A stretch of DNA of 63,356 nt, the filler included, from Craspedostauros australis (Eukaryota), in assembly GCA_030167865.1 (NCBI GenBank). It is 13 parts of 13 records of this genome, joined end to end, with 100 filler letters (N's around TTAATTAATTAA, not from the genome) between each part and the next. Parts side by side here need not be neighbours in the genome. Positions count along the whole stretch, not along the records: positions 1 to 31,909 come from JALAGF010000697.1; positions 32,010 to 33,797 come from JALAGF010000709.1; positions 33,898 to 35,513 come from JALAGF010000710.1; positions 35,614 to 39,478 come from JALAGF010000712.1; 9 more parts are not named here. One strand, 5' to 3'. Below, piece by piece: positions 24,304 to 36,222 of the stretch. Numbering within the stretch: the stretch's first letter is position 1; every line of letters starts with the position of its first letter. The notes below the pieces were generated by a model. It did not search any database, had not been told where the DNA came from, and saw only the letters and a list, made by a program, of their open reading frames with translations. The position numbers and the translations under genes are program-made.

Positions 24304-27300
24304 CGTGATGTGTATTGGTGGGGAATGTGGTGATATGAGTGGTGGCGCAAGTTGTGGTGCAACCAGTATCGATGACAGGGATGTGGATGCGTTTGGGATT
24401 GTGCTTTGCCTATGGACTATTGTGCGTTTGTGGATTCCGCAGTGGCTGAATTGTGTGCCTTCCTTCTCTCGTCACCTGTCCACTGCAAGTGCGTGGCTGC
24501 ATCGCCGTCTTTGGCATCAAGGAACTCGCACCGCAGAGTGGGAAGGAGAAAGGATAGTAGCTCTCTTGTGTGCTGGGCTCTCGCTTCGTCAGTTCCATGT
24601 TGCCGCTACTCCATGATTCTATCAGCAGCATTTGACAAACACAACGGTTGGTGATTTTCCCGATGTTCATTTGTGCCGAGCCTACACCATTCCCCATTTA
24701 TGGCGGTGCTAAATTCTCCGAATGTGCGGGAACAATGACCCAAAGTTGACAACATCCATGGTGATGTGACGTAGAAGCGAATACTCGCAGACTAAACATT
24801 GCTGTTTGTGACCACGCAGGTCCCTTCTGTCGCCGTTTCGCCAAAGCAGGATAGATTTTACCGAGGCGATGATTAAATCTGTCTGGAAATCACGAACTGT
24901 TCGGTGCGATCGGACACAAGAAGGGAACGTACCTATTCGACCAGCCCAAGACCAACCAAACAAGGAGTTGACATGTGGACAGGGCAACCCAAGAGCGGAT
25001 GTCACGGATTTTGATGTCGGCGTTGGTGGCGGCAGTGGTGAGGGGGAAGGTGGCAACGATGATGACGTACCTGAGGTATCGCAGGCACTTCGACCCTGTT
25101 ATGCATACACACAGACAGATCTGCGAGACAAAATGGATTGTGACCTTGATTCCATACTTCACCCGTCCAAGAAGAACTATCCGATCTCATGCCGCCATTT
25201 ATGCTGAAAGCGCCGCGAAGGCACGAGTACTTTCATGTGCTGGCGAGTAGAACTTCACCCTTTCTGTTGGTGGAAGAAGGATGCAGAGCGTTCTTAACTC
25301 GTGGAGGCTGTTGTGTTTGTGGTACAAGCCCGCACGCATACGAGCTAGAGTGCGAGCTGGATCAGGCAACTTCGCTGTTGCTGCGGTGCTACTTGCCACA
25401 ACCATGGGATAGCTCGCACATACACCAAGTCAATTGAGCGCTGCGAGAAGGAGGACCAATCGGGGGTTGCGCCACGACCAAGTTGAATCGATCTGGATGT
25501 GTGCCATTATTTCTCCTTGCGATTGTTCCTTGCTCCGATTTCTGACTGAACCCGATTGACACCGCTCCTTCGACATGGCCACGGCTCCAGACACGGGACG
25601 CCCTTGGACACTTTCTGACGCAAGGCCAAGACAGATCGGTCCTGTGTGTAGATCGCCATGCTCTCTCGCAGCGAACGATTCTTGGGCGTTGTGGGTGGAC
25701 AAGGCGGCGTTCCTTGTTCCATGGGCATGTGACAACAAGGAGTATCTTCCTGCTCCGCTTAGGTACAATGCGGTCGTTCCTCATGCGGAGAGTTAGGTCG
25801 GGATGAGTTGCCTCGCACCCCTTTCGAACCTGTTCGTTAGTAGAGAATCAGTATGCATTATGGTTCCTGAAGTACAGATGCGACCATGCTGGTGATTTTC
25901 GCCTTGTTTCTTGGACAAACCACACGTCCATCCAATTGCTGTTGCCAGTCCTCGTCGCCCAAGACTAGACAGAAACAAGAACGCGCATGTGTCTATGCAC
26001 GGTGTCTATGTACGAACTACGACCAACTGGTACGCTCAGGGAGGACGAACTCCGTGATTGTGCTCTGTGTTGTGCCTCGGAGGCAAGGAGAATCTTGGCT
26101 TCTGGGTACAGATCACCAATGGAGATTGAGCGCTGGCACCGGCCTCAGATGTATGAAAGGAAATGGAAGTGTGCTGTGCTTCGCGCATCCACGTTGCGAG
26201 CGGCGCATTCGATACAATAGTGTGTGTAGCTCGTAGAAACGCCAGATGGATGGCACCATGGGCGCAACCAATGGAGCTTGACATCTTCTGGATCGCACCC
26301 ATCTCCACTTGACCGTTGTCGGGTGATCGCATCGCACAACGCCGCTCCGAACGAAGCGCGGCTGCAACGATCGTTGAAGGACACTCTAAGTGGCATTGTT
26401 TTCATGATACTATTGATACCATTCTAAAGAGCTATATCTTGTTGTTGTCGTATACGGGACTGACTATTTTATATATGGCATGTATTACGTCTGCCATGCG
26501 TTGATACGTCTATCCCCCGTCCTTCTGTCGTTCTTGATTCACCAACATCACTTTTTCAGGTCCAAACGTCGAACACACACGAACACAACAGAAGACCACA
26601 GAGAACCGTGTTCTGTACCTGTCATTATCATTTGACGAACTTTCGTCCTTGTTTCAGTGACATGCTGGTGTGCCAAGTACGCTTGGAGTTCTTTGCGTAA
26701 CTTCCAACATTTAATCAGCCAGAAACAGCTGTTGTGTGTGAAGCGTGTTTGTTACGCCATCGGTATTGGTCAAGAAATGTCAATAATCGATGTTGTCCTC
26801 AACGTGGTTTCATCGAAGGGTATTCGCCGTTCACGGACAAAAGTGACCCAGAACACACATACCATATGACGTCATTCCATCCCGATCTTGTTCGCCTCTT
26901 GTGTTCTTGGTGACGACAGCAGTCATCATCAACTGTTTCACGCAAGATGATTGGAGCAGCGCAAGATGTTGACCTGGCTGTGCGCTCTTACAAAACTCCA
27001 TTTCGGCGACGTGTTCCGCATCACGCCGCGATAGCGATTATTGTTAGGGACCTAAACGCCACCAAAATCGCCCAACCAGAAAGGAAGATGAACGGCGAAG
27101 AATCGATCGTGATTTCTGAGCATGGAACGGTGCACTGGTCGCAGCAATCTGCCGTGCTGGAATCGCGCCGTCTCACGTGACAATGGCCCCAAGGCAGACC
27201 GCGACAACCACGCCAACCACGCCAACACAACGCTAACAAAACAACAACCGAGACCAAACAAGGAAGAACGCAAACAAGTGAGAAGAATCCACAGACCAAA

Positions 27301-27736
27301 GGAGGAAGGAATCTGCCGTCCTTTACATCCGCATCATCTCGTCGTTGGGAGCATCATCTTCCTTCTCTTCTTCCTTCTTGACATCCCCTGCAAGTTGGAG
27401 TGGACAGACAGTGGGCAGACAGTGGTTGATGAGGACGAGAGAGAGAGAGAGAGAGGAGAGAAAGAGCTGAACAGGATCAGTCCAGCGCAGTCCAACAAGA
27501 ACAGATCAAGAACAACTCAGGAGAACGCAATTGACACTGTTTGGCTTCGATTGAATTGGAAGCGGGATCATTTGTTCACATCATCAACACATTGTTGTTT
27601 GAGCATATTAGTGCATTAGCATATGAGCGTATTGGTATAGTTGGTGCATTGGCATAGTTGGTATACTAGTATCGCACCAAAGCAAGGCAACAGGAGGCAG
27701 CAGAAGGCAAGGCAAGTGGAAGCAAGTCTAAGCAAG

Positions 27737-29464
27737 ATGAAACGCACGATCCGAGAGGAGCTGAAGGAGACGTCGTCGCAGTCGGACGATGATGATTCGT
27801 ACAAGGCCTGGAACTGCAGCTTCTTCCCACCGACAATCTGCTCAATGGACTTCGGGGGGCGCCGCGGCAGCAGCAGCAGCCTCTCGGTGGTCCCGTCCAA
27901 GCACCAGACGCGCAGCGACGCCACGCTGCCAAGGCCGCCCACCACCCAGACCAGACCCAGCGGGCTGACGCAGGGAGAGCAGCTGCTGGCGAACGACATG
28001 AAGCAGCTCTCGCTGGACAAGCGCGAGGAGGTCTTCGAGGACATCCACGGCGTCATGGAGGTCAAGCGGGAGACGCCGCAGCTGCTGCGGGCCTCGCTGC
28101 ACCAGCTGGAGCTGTGCCTGTCCAGCCTGCGCAAGAACCGCGAGGGCTACGACAAGGCCACCTTCCTCAACCCCGCCTACACGCGCGACGAGAAGCTGCG
28201 CACCATGTTCCTGCGCGCCACGCAGTTCGACGCCGCCGAGGCCGCCACGCGCCTCTGCGAGCACTACGAGATCAAGCAGAAGCTCTTCGGCACGCAGCGC
28301 CTCGTCAGGGACATCACGTGGGACGACCTGCCCGAGGACGCCCAGCGGTCCCTCAACAACGGCGCCTACCAGAGCTTCGCCGATTGGAAGGACCGCTCCG
28401 GCCGCGTGGTGTCCTGCGACGTGTGGGCCAACTGGCGCTACAAGACGGTGGAGTCGCAGGTGCAGGGCATGTGGTGGATCTCCATGCACCTCATGCGGCA
28501 GCTCTACGACCAGGGCCATCACATGGGCGTCGTCCTCATCCCCTTCACGCTGGGGCTGCCGCCGCGCTCCTCCTCCTACTACATGCGGGCGGCGGCGCTG
28601 TCCAAGTACAAGATCGGGACCTGCTTTCCCATCCGCGTCTCGGGATTCCACGGCTGCTTCGAGAGCGACGGGAGGCGCCCCTTCTTCTCGGCCCTCATGT
28701 CCGTCCTGCCCAAGGAGATTCGATTGCGCACCAAGATGCACTTCGGGTCCCTGCTCGAGTGCCAGTACGCCCTCTCCTCCTTCGGCATCGACGCCTCCTT
28801 CGTCGATCTAGTCATGGCCACCAGCCATGATGACTACGATCCCGGCAATATCCACGACGACCAGAACCGCGACCCCAACATCGACGAGGCCTGCGACTCC
28901 CTGGAGCAAATGGCGCACAGTTCCTCCAACGGCACGGCCAACAACATCCACGTCCTGCACCAACGCATCCTGGCCCTGCGCCAATGGGAACAGCAACGCC
29001 GGCAGCATTTGGAAATGACGGAACCAAACGTCATCCGCTGGCCGGAATCGACCGATGTCGTGTTGGGCCGCGGCGTGCCCTACCAGAAATTTCCAGGCAA
29101 CACGGCGCTGGCCCAGCTGCTGGATCAGGATGTACATGCCTACACGAAGGCCAAGACGCGCAAGGAGAAGGCACGCATCACGGAGACCATCATCCAGCAG
29201 GTCGAGGCCACGGGAGGCCGCTTCCTCAAGCGCGATGAATCGGGCGCGTTCTGGAGCGTCGTCGATCGTGAGATCGCGCGGCAGAAGGTGGCCATGGGAT
29301 ATCGCAATCTGGCGAGGCGGGATCGTGGCAACGTCGCGAAGACCAAAGCGGTGGCCACCGACCCATTTGACAAGTCGGCGTGCAGTCGCATGGAGATTAC
29401 CAGCGATGGGACTTCCAGCGTCGATGAGTCGGCGGTGGGATCGACGTGTGCGATGAGCGTGTGA
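27737..29464 (+). CDS. CRAL-TRIO-like domain + C-terminal DUF6824 domain protein
   Basis: LLANDMKQLSLDKREEVFEDIHGV, FLRATQFDAAEAATRL and KDRSGRVV (CRAL-TRIO-like). DVVLGRG...PGN...GGRFLKRD...W...ARQKVAMGYRN (DUF6824). ATG at 27737. Confidence 0.88.
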   Translation: MKRTIREELKETSSQSDDDDSYKAWNCSFFPPTICSMDFGGRRGSSSSLSVVPSKHQTRSDATLPRPPTTQTRPSGLTQGEQLLANDMKQLSLDKREEVFEDIHGVMEVKRETPQLLRASLHQLELCLSSLRKNREGYDKATFLNPAYTRDEKLRTMFLRATQFDAAEAATRLCEHYEIKQKLFGTQRLVRDITWDDLPEDAQRSLNNGAYQSFADWKDRSGRVVSCDVWANWRYKTVESQVQGMWWISMHLMRQLYDQGHHMGVVLIPFTLGLPPRSSSYYMRAAALSKYKIGTCFPIRVSGFHGCFESDGRRPFFSALMSVLPKEIRLRTKMHFGSLLECQYALSSFGIDASFVDLVMATSHDDYDPGNIHDDQNRDPNIDEACDSLEQMAHSSSNGTANNIHVLHQRILALRQWEQQRRQHLEMTEPNVIRWPESTDVVLGRGVPYQKFPGNTALAQLLDQDVHAYTKAKTRKEKARITETIIQQVEATGGRFLKRDESGAFWSVVDREIARQKVAMGYRNLARRDRGNVAKTKAVATDPFDKSACSRMEITSDGTSSVDESAVGSTCAMSV

Positions 29465-30293
29465 ATGAATGAATGAGCAGGCAGGCAGGCAGTATGCGTG
29501 CATGCTGATTGATGTGGAGAAAGGATCGTTGTGATCTGCTACTCTACAGTGGCAATGCAATCGTATGATTCATGGCACACAAGCAGGCAGGCAGGCAGGC
29601 AGGATTTGGATGAAGTTAATGTGAGGCCACATGCACGAGTACGTGGCGAACGAATGAACCAGACAGCGATGTATGTGCCCAGGCGCATCTCACTACATTG
29701 AGATGATGAGGAACGGAAGTATTCACGATCATCCCAATGCAAGCGTGACATTACAGAGTATTGCACTCGTACTCGTGCAGCATTGCGCCTCGACGTTTGA
29801 CGTGAACTACCAATACGAAGGAAAATTACACGACACTTCGAACGCAACCGGAGGTCCAAAGGATCCTTGGCGACTTTTATCGAATGGTATTGGAGCAGAT
29901 GCAACAAGTGTATGCTTGTTGGCGTTGTGCTTGCGGGACAACACGCGTGCACCACTTCCAGAGTCCCACAGGCAGAGATTCACGCGGTGATACTCGCAGT
30001 TGTGGCGCTCAGTGGAGCAGGAACGCCATTCAGTTGTCGGCGACAATGTTCGATACTCCATTCAGTCTTGCTTGTCCCAGCGTTGATACAAATACAAACT
30101 GCGGATAGAAGGCGAACTACCTGAGAGAGCAAGTCACATCGGTTACAAAGAAATAGCGCAAGATCTATTCCGCTCTCCATTGCGAAATTCGATACAAGTA
30201 GAAGCATCGTTCAATTCACTATTTTTCTTGATTCGTTGTCTCTATCTTATGCTGTACTATGTCATGCAATGTGTGTACTCTATGGTGGTTGGT

Positions 30294-30355
30294 CTGCTCT
30301 ACTCTACTCTACTCTGCTCGACTCGACTCTACTCTGCTCGACTCGACTCTACTCT
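30294..30355. repeat. Imperfect pentanucleotide microsatellite (CTACT/CTGCT/CGACT)n
   Basis: Seen directly; lies just 3' of the minus-strand gene ending at 30395. Confidence 0.85.
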
Positions 30356-30394
30356 AAGGTCGTCTCGGCCAACAATACGTATGTCCTCACGCCA

Positions 30395-31279
30395 TCATGC
30401 CGCGGAAGCAGCCCGGTGGATCGAAGAAAGGAGGATGTTGAGCAGGATGCCATTCGTCGTCTCCTGCCCGACCATGGCATTCACCAACGGCTGCGTGGAT
30501 TGGGCCATGAAGTTGGCCACGAGCTGGAATTTGCTCTTGTGCGATGCGTGTTGCGTGGCCAGATTGTTGCAGCCCAGCATTTGCACCAGCGATGCCATCG
30601 GGCGCGTGTCATGCTGCAGGGCGATCAGGATGTACTGGTACACGGAGATGGCCCTGGAACGGAAGCACTCGCTGTCGTGCATGGTGTATGTCTCCGCCAT
30701 GCCATTCGGAACCCTCTGGCAGGATTCCGCAATGGCGTGGTTGTACAGGGCGACGTTGAACATGACGGCGCTGGCGTAGAGCCGCATGTCCTGCTCGCTG
30801 TATGTCGCCATGGTCCCAGCGCGACGCTTCTTGTTCTTTGCGTCGGCCGGTGTGGTGCGGAAGAGGATGAAGTTCCAGCAAACGTGCTCGGCGCCGGTGG
30901 TGTCGCTGTTGCGGGATGCATGCTGCTGCTTGACCTGGCATGCGGACATTCTGCTGGTGTCGTCCATCGAGGTGAAGTGCATGCTGTCTTGCGGGTGCTC
31001 GGATTGCGAGTCTCGAGCGGAATCCGTCGTTGCGTCCTCTCCCTCCTGCTGCTGCTGCTGCTGCGGTTGCTGCTGCTTCTCGGCCTTCATGGCAAGCCGC
31101 AGCAGGCAGAGCGAACGCTGAAGCTTGGACATCGTCATGTCAATGTCTACCTGCCTTGTGCTGACGATATGGTACGGTGCGCTGGAGTTCGTCTGTGACT
31201 GCGAAGCATGTTGGTGGTGGACTATGCTCTCAACTGCCTTGTTGTTGAGGCGGAGAGCGCGTTGGATCAGTCTTGACAT
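30395..31279 (-). CDS. Diatom-type TPR-like helical repeat protein
   Basis: LRLNNKAV...SAVMFNVALYNH...RAISVYQ...LGCNNLA...GILLNILL...AASAA*, a pattern typical of an expanded diatom family. Confidence 0.8.
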   Translation of the reverse strand: MSRLIQRALRLNNKAVESIVHHQHASQSQTNSSAPYHIVSTRQVDIDMTMSKLQRSLCLLRLAMKAEKQQQPQQQQQQEGEDATTDSARDSQSEHPQDSMHFTSMDDTSRMSACQVKQQHASRNSDTTGAEHVCWNFILFRTTPADAKNKKRRAGTMATYSEQDMRLYASAVMFNVALYNHAIAESCQRVPNGMAETYTMHDSECFRSRAISVYQYILIALQHDTRPMASLVQMLGCNNLATQHASHKSKFQLVANFMAQSTQPLVNAMVGQETTNGILLNILLSSIHRAASAA

Positions 31280-31909
31280 GGTGTGGAAGTTGATAGGAAA
31301 GGGTGTGTGCTGGCTTGTGTTGTTGCTGTCAGTTGGTGATGGGAGATGTGGATTGCTGCTGTTGCGGTTTTATGAACTGTTGGGTGGCAAGTTATGGAAG
31401 TGACAGATCTATCGCATTCTGGTCCATTGCGTTGTATTGCAACAAGGGCACAGCACACCACACGGCATCGCTGCAGCATCGCCACAGCATCGCATCGCAT
31501 TGCATTGCCTGACATGGCATCGCATTGCATCACCCAGAAAGCTGTCTGGAGGCAAGGAGCCAGACGGAACCAAGAGTCCAAACGCGTTCTTCGCCAGGGC
31601 AATGCTATCGGAGAAGCGAACGAATTCAAGAAACAGACATCGCAATCGTGGTCAACGTGGGCAATGCCAGGGGGGCAGTTCAAAATGCAATAATTTGCTC
31701 TATTCCATAGCGCTTAAGTCATAAATCACTTGTTTCCGCCTAGTTCTTATCCTCGACGGAATAATATATAATTTTCGTTCTTTTTNGGATAATTGGTGCT
31801 TTTCCGCAGAATTTGGTCGGTGTCCTCTCGCTCTTCGCTGTTGCTCCTTTTGTGCACTTTACACTGTGTCCGTGTTCGCTGTGCGTATCAACGTCGCCAT
31901 GTCGAGGAG

Positions 31910-32009
31910 NNNNNNNNNNNNNNNNNNNNNNNNNNNNNNNNNNNNNNNNNNNNTTAATTAATTAANNNNNNNNNNNNNNNNNNNNNNNNNNNNNNNNNNN
32001 NNNNNNNNN
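31910..32009. other. Artificial contig spacer 1
   Basis: 44 N + TTAATTAATTAA (stop codons in all six frames) + 44 N. Confidence 0.98.
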
Positions 32010-33797
32010 ACTTCCGGCCCAACATCTGGACCAACCAGCGGACCAACCAGCGGACCAACGTCTGGACCAACTTCGGGACCAACGTCTGGACCAACTTCGG
32101 GACCAACGTCTGGACCAACTTCGGGACCAACTTCGGGACCGACTTCTGGACCCACTAGCGGACCAACTAGCGGACCAACCTCTGGACCAACATCTGGACC
32201 AACCAGCGGACCAACTTCCGGCCCAACCAGCGGACCAACTAGCGGACCAACTAGCGGCCCAACCTCTGGACCAACATCCGGACCAACCAGCGGACCTACT
32301 TCGGGACCAACATCTGGACCAACCAGCGGACCAACCAGTGGGCCAACTTCGGGACCAACATCTGGACCAACATCCGGACCAACATCTGGACCTACTAGCG
32401 GACCAACATCTGGACCTACTTCGGGACCAACCTCTGGCCCAACCAGTGGACCTACTTCTGGACCAACCTCTGGCCCAACATCTGGGCCAACATCTGGACC
32501 AACATCTGGCCCAACCAGCGGGCCAACCAGCGGCCCAACATCTGGACCAACCTCTGGGCCAACCTCTGGACCAACCAGCGGACCAACATCCGGGCCAACT
32601 AGCGGGCCAACCTCGGGACCAACATCCGGACCAACCAGCGGANGGACCAACCTCTGGCCCAACCAGCGGCCCAACCTCTGGACCAACTTCCGGCCCAACC
32701 AGCGGACCTACATCGGGACCAACATCTGGCCCAACCAGCGGACCTACTTCGGGACCAACCAGCGGACCAACATCCGGACCTACTTCGGGACCAACATCCG
32801 GCCCAACCTCAGGACCAACTTCCGGCCCAACCAGCGGCCCAACGTCTGGACCAACCAGCGGACCAACCTCTGGACCAACTAGCGGACCAACTTCAGGACC
32901 AACCTCTGGCCCAACATCCGGACCAACCAGCGGACCAACATCTGGCCCAACATCTGGCCCAACATCGGGACCAACCTCCGGACCAACCTCCGGACCAACC
33001 TCCGGACCAACCTCCGGACCAACCTCCGGACCAACCTCCGGACCAACCTCCGGACCAACCTCCGGACCAACCTCCGGACCAACCTCCGGACCAACCTCCG
33101 GACCAACATCTGGACCAACATCTGGACCAACCTCTGGACCAACCTCTGGACCAACTAGCGGACCCACATCCGGACCAACTAGCGGACCAACATCCGGCCC
33201 AACTCCACAGCCAACATCCCAGCCAACAGCCAGTGCTGCACCAACCAACTGCGTTGATCCAGATGGCGCCAAGTTCGTCAAGTCCACCGATGCTTCCTAC
33301 ACTGCAGACCCCAAGCCAATCATCCTCACATTCGAGAGCGACGATGCAACACTCGTTGAGTTTGACTTCATTCAGAACATCATCAACGGGGTCATCCCGC
33401 ATGTCTTCATCAAGTACCGCAAGTCCGAGACTGGTATCAACGAATGCGCTGAGTTTGCAAATGTCGGAGAGAACACTCCGATCTCACTTTCTGCCGAGTG
33501 TGTGGACATGTCCACGAACGTGGTGATCTACATCTACACTGGCGATGACTTTGCCAGTGAGAACTGCGAGGCATGCAGCCTTCCAAGTGATGACGGCGAA
33601 GGTGGCTCAGGCAATCCAGACAACTTTGCTGCGTACTACTTCGATGTTCCATGCAACACCGAGTGTATCGAGCCAACGGCTGCCCCAACTTCGGCGCCGA
33701 CCTCTGGACCAACATCCGGACCAACAAGCGGCCCAACATCCGGACCAACGTCGGGACCAACCAGTGGACCAACATCCGGACCAACCTCTGGACCAAC
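32010..33797 (+). CDS. Partial mucin-like (SGPT)n protein with an internal Cys-containing globular domain (extracellular adhesive or wall candidate)
   Basis: About 99 T-S-G-P units (32010-~33205) with synonymous codon variation, a ~140-aa Cys domain (CVDPDG...NECAEF...AECVD...NCEAC...YYFDVPCNTEC), then more SGPT up to the contig end. The single N at 32643 causes an artefactual frameshift. Confidence 0.88.
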
Positions 33798-33897
33798 NNN
33801 NNNNNNNNNNNNNNNNNNNNNNNNNNNNNNNNNNNNNNNNNTTAATTAATTAANNNNNNNNNNNNNNNNNNNNNNNNNNNNNNNNNNNNNNNNNNNN
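33798..33897. other. Artificial contig spacer 2
   Basis: N44-TTAATTAATTAA-N44. Confidence 0.98.
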
Positions 33898-35271
33898 AAC
33901 GATGAATAGAGTAGTAGTGTTTGTACTAATCTGAGCTTGTTATTATGAGTTAGTAGCTGTAGGCAGGATGAAGAAACGATAGTCATGTATTGGCACGGCT
34001 CTGCACTGACCCTCATGGTTCAGTGCTGAGAAGAGGCTGTACTTTCCTCCATGTCCTTCTCCCCTGAATCGCTGGCGATGTCATGCAGTAGGTCTCGTGG
34101 CTTCAGCAGATGTTGAAGGGATGGGAGCTGCGCATCCGGAGCCAGCAGGTTGAACTTGCATCAGGATTCCATTGCTGAGGTTGAAGCAGCTTAGATTGCC
34201 CATGGTGTGGCTGGCATGGCCAGCAAACGTCGTGGCAGCAAAAGGGAATCCAGGTGAAGTCCATCTGACAGGATCTTGGGAGCATATAGTTCCCACATGC
34301 GTTGGTTGGCTTAGACGGACCGTAGCATGGGAATCGGGAACGATTCGTGACTGAAAAGAGGGGAGGGCAAGAAAGGTCTGTCCATTGTCGGGCTTGGGCA
34401 ATTTACGCGCCAAAAGTAGTTTCAAGCGACGACACGGGATACCCTAACAAGGAAAGTAGTCGGTTCTTAGTTGAACTTCAACTTGCTAGTACGGATGCGA
34501 CAACGGACAGATTCGCGTCGAGCAACACAATCGATTACTCCACACCAATGGTATCCATATGTGTTGGTTCGAGTACCAATGGTGCAACTAAAAGAGTGTC
34601 CCAAATCTTGTTTCGAACTGTGCAAACTTGGGATGGCCGTCTTGTGCTGGAACCTGGGGAACGTGGATGCGAGTCTTCTTCTTGTCTTTGAGTTTCTCTG
34701 TTGTGACAGGCACTTATGGATTTTTCATTGAGGCCATTGAAGCGGTAATCATTCCGAAGCAATGACTCCATACTTGATTGTCAACGAGCCAAGCAACAAA
34801 CGGTTGGTCCACAATAACTTCGTTTCGTGGGTTGGCGAAGGACAGACCCAATGGCCTTTTGATTGCGACATCGAAATATGGCCTAGATACAGATGGGCTT
34901 CTCTTCTTCATGGACACGGCGCAAGTCAAACACACACAAGTTGATGCTCGATCTTGCCGGTGACAGAGGCCTTTGAAGGCTGTATTCTCACATCATCACC
35001 CAACCCAAATCCAGACTTCTGCCGCCACGATCTGTGTGCATTTCGAGATGTCAGTAATGTGAGAGTGAGCAACTCCAGCGAGATCTTGTTGATGGCCTCC
35101 CACCAATCATTGTGTGTCATCCTCGTACGGCCAGATCTTGTGCACCATGCTCATACATTCTCGCAGCTCTCCCATCCACCCATCCTGAGACACCACCTGC
35201 CATCTATCGTTGCATTCAATCTTCTGCCGCCAGTATCGAAGTCCAACCAACCAACCAACCCATGCCAACAG

Positions 35272-35513
35272 ATGATCGCTGCCATGAAGGACGTCAATGA
35301 ACCAAAACACTCAGACGAAGCCAAAACCGCGGAGCCAGAGCGAGGTATCTCCAAGGATGGCGAGAAACCAGAACCCAAATTGAAGGTCACCCTCCTGTCT
35401 GGCTTCTTGGGATCTGGCAAGACCACCCTCTTGTCACACATCCTGGCCAACTACGAAGGTTTCACCGTGGCTGTCCTCGTCAATGACATGGGCACCATCA
35501 ACATCGATGCAGC
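35272..35513 (+). CDS. 5' fragment of a COG0523/CobW-family P-loop GTPase (metallochaperone)
   Basis: [22 protein letters not shown]...[15 protein letters not shown]; truncated by the spacer. Start at ATG 35272 or 35284, or an upstream exon exists. Confidence 0.88.
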
Positions 35514-35613
35514 NNNNNNNNNNNNNNNNNNNNNNNNNNNNNNNNNNNNNNNNNNNNTTAATTAATTAANNNNNNNNNNNNNNNNNNNNNNNNNNNNNNN
35601 NNNNNNNNNNNNN
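35514..35613. other. Artificial contig spacer 3
   Basis: N44-TTAATTAATTAA-N44. Confidence 0.98.
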
Positions 35614-36111
35614 TAGGAGCCGGAGTCGGGTGGGGTCTTTGTTTGGGAGTGTGATTGGGCCGAATGATGTCACCCTGCCGTCTGCTAGGTCGCGGAAGAA
35701 GTGTTCCCACTGCTTGGTGGTTGGNTTTTCTCTGTCTGCCGTGGCCTCATCTCTGTTGTACCACACCGCTCGAGCTCTCCATGCCATCTTCGCTGCTCTG
35801 TCAATAGAGCCATCTCCCGTTGCTTTCGCGAATGGCGCGATATCAATGCCGGTCTTGTTCGCTGCTGTCTTGAAGGTGCTCGATCTTGGTTTGAAGGTGA
35901 TTGAGACATCATCTGGGTCGTTCTCTTCCATTCCTCCGTCGTATGGGATGGCTCTTTTTGCTTGACGTCGTGCGCGGTGTTGGTTGCTTGTATCGGTGGC
36001 CATGGTCGTCTCCGGTTTGTCGGGTTCCTTGGTGGGCAGCGTCAAAGTTGGACCATCTTCATGGTTTCGCTCATCGTGGTTGCTCGTGTTGGCTTGCTTG
36101 TTCGAAGTCAT
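35614..36111 (-). CDS. Hypothetical protein, 5' fragment
   Basis: ATG preceded by an A/C-rich leader, and the frame is open to the contig edge. No family recognised. Confidence 0.4.
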
Positions 36112-36222
36112 TTTACTTTGCTGTTGTTTGTGTTGTGTGTGGGTATTAATTAGCTTTTATTTTTCTTTGGTTTGGTTTGTCGGAATTCCGAAACTATGCT
36201 GATCTACCTACAACTGCCAATG

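Noticed and set aside
27842..28830. Long overlapping ORFs and very high GC3 as a sign of a second gene or horizontal transfer
   Set aside because: Shadow ORFs are expected from G/C-ending codons, and the encoded family is diatom-typical.
31954..31965. Regularly recurring TTAATTAATTAA as a biological repeat or CRISPR-like element
   Set aside because: It is always centred in exactly 44+44 N, so it is an artificial six-frame-stop spacer.
32641..32646. Programmed frameshift in the SGPT gene
   Set aside because: The shift coincides with a single N, so it is an assembly gap in a collapsed repeat.
31958..33287. Minus-strand (GPEV/GPDV/GPLV)n ORFs
   Set aside because: These are antisense shadows of the SGPT repeat. 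Variation is synonymous only in the + frame, which also continues into the Cys domain.
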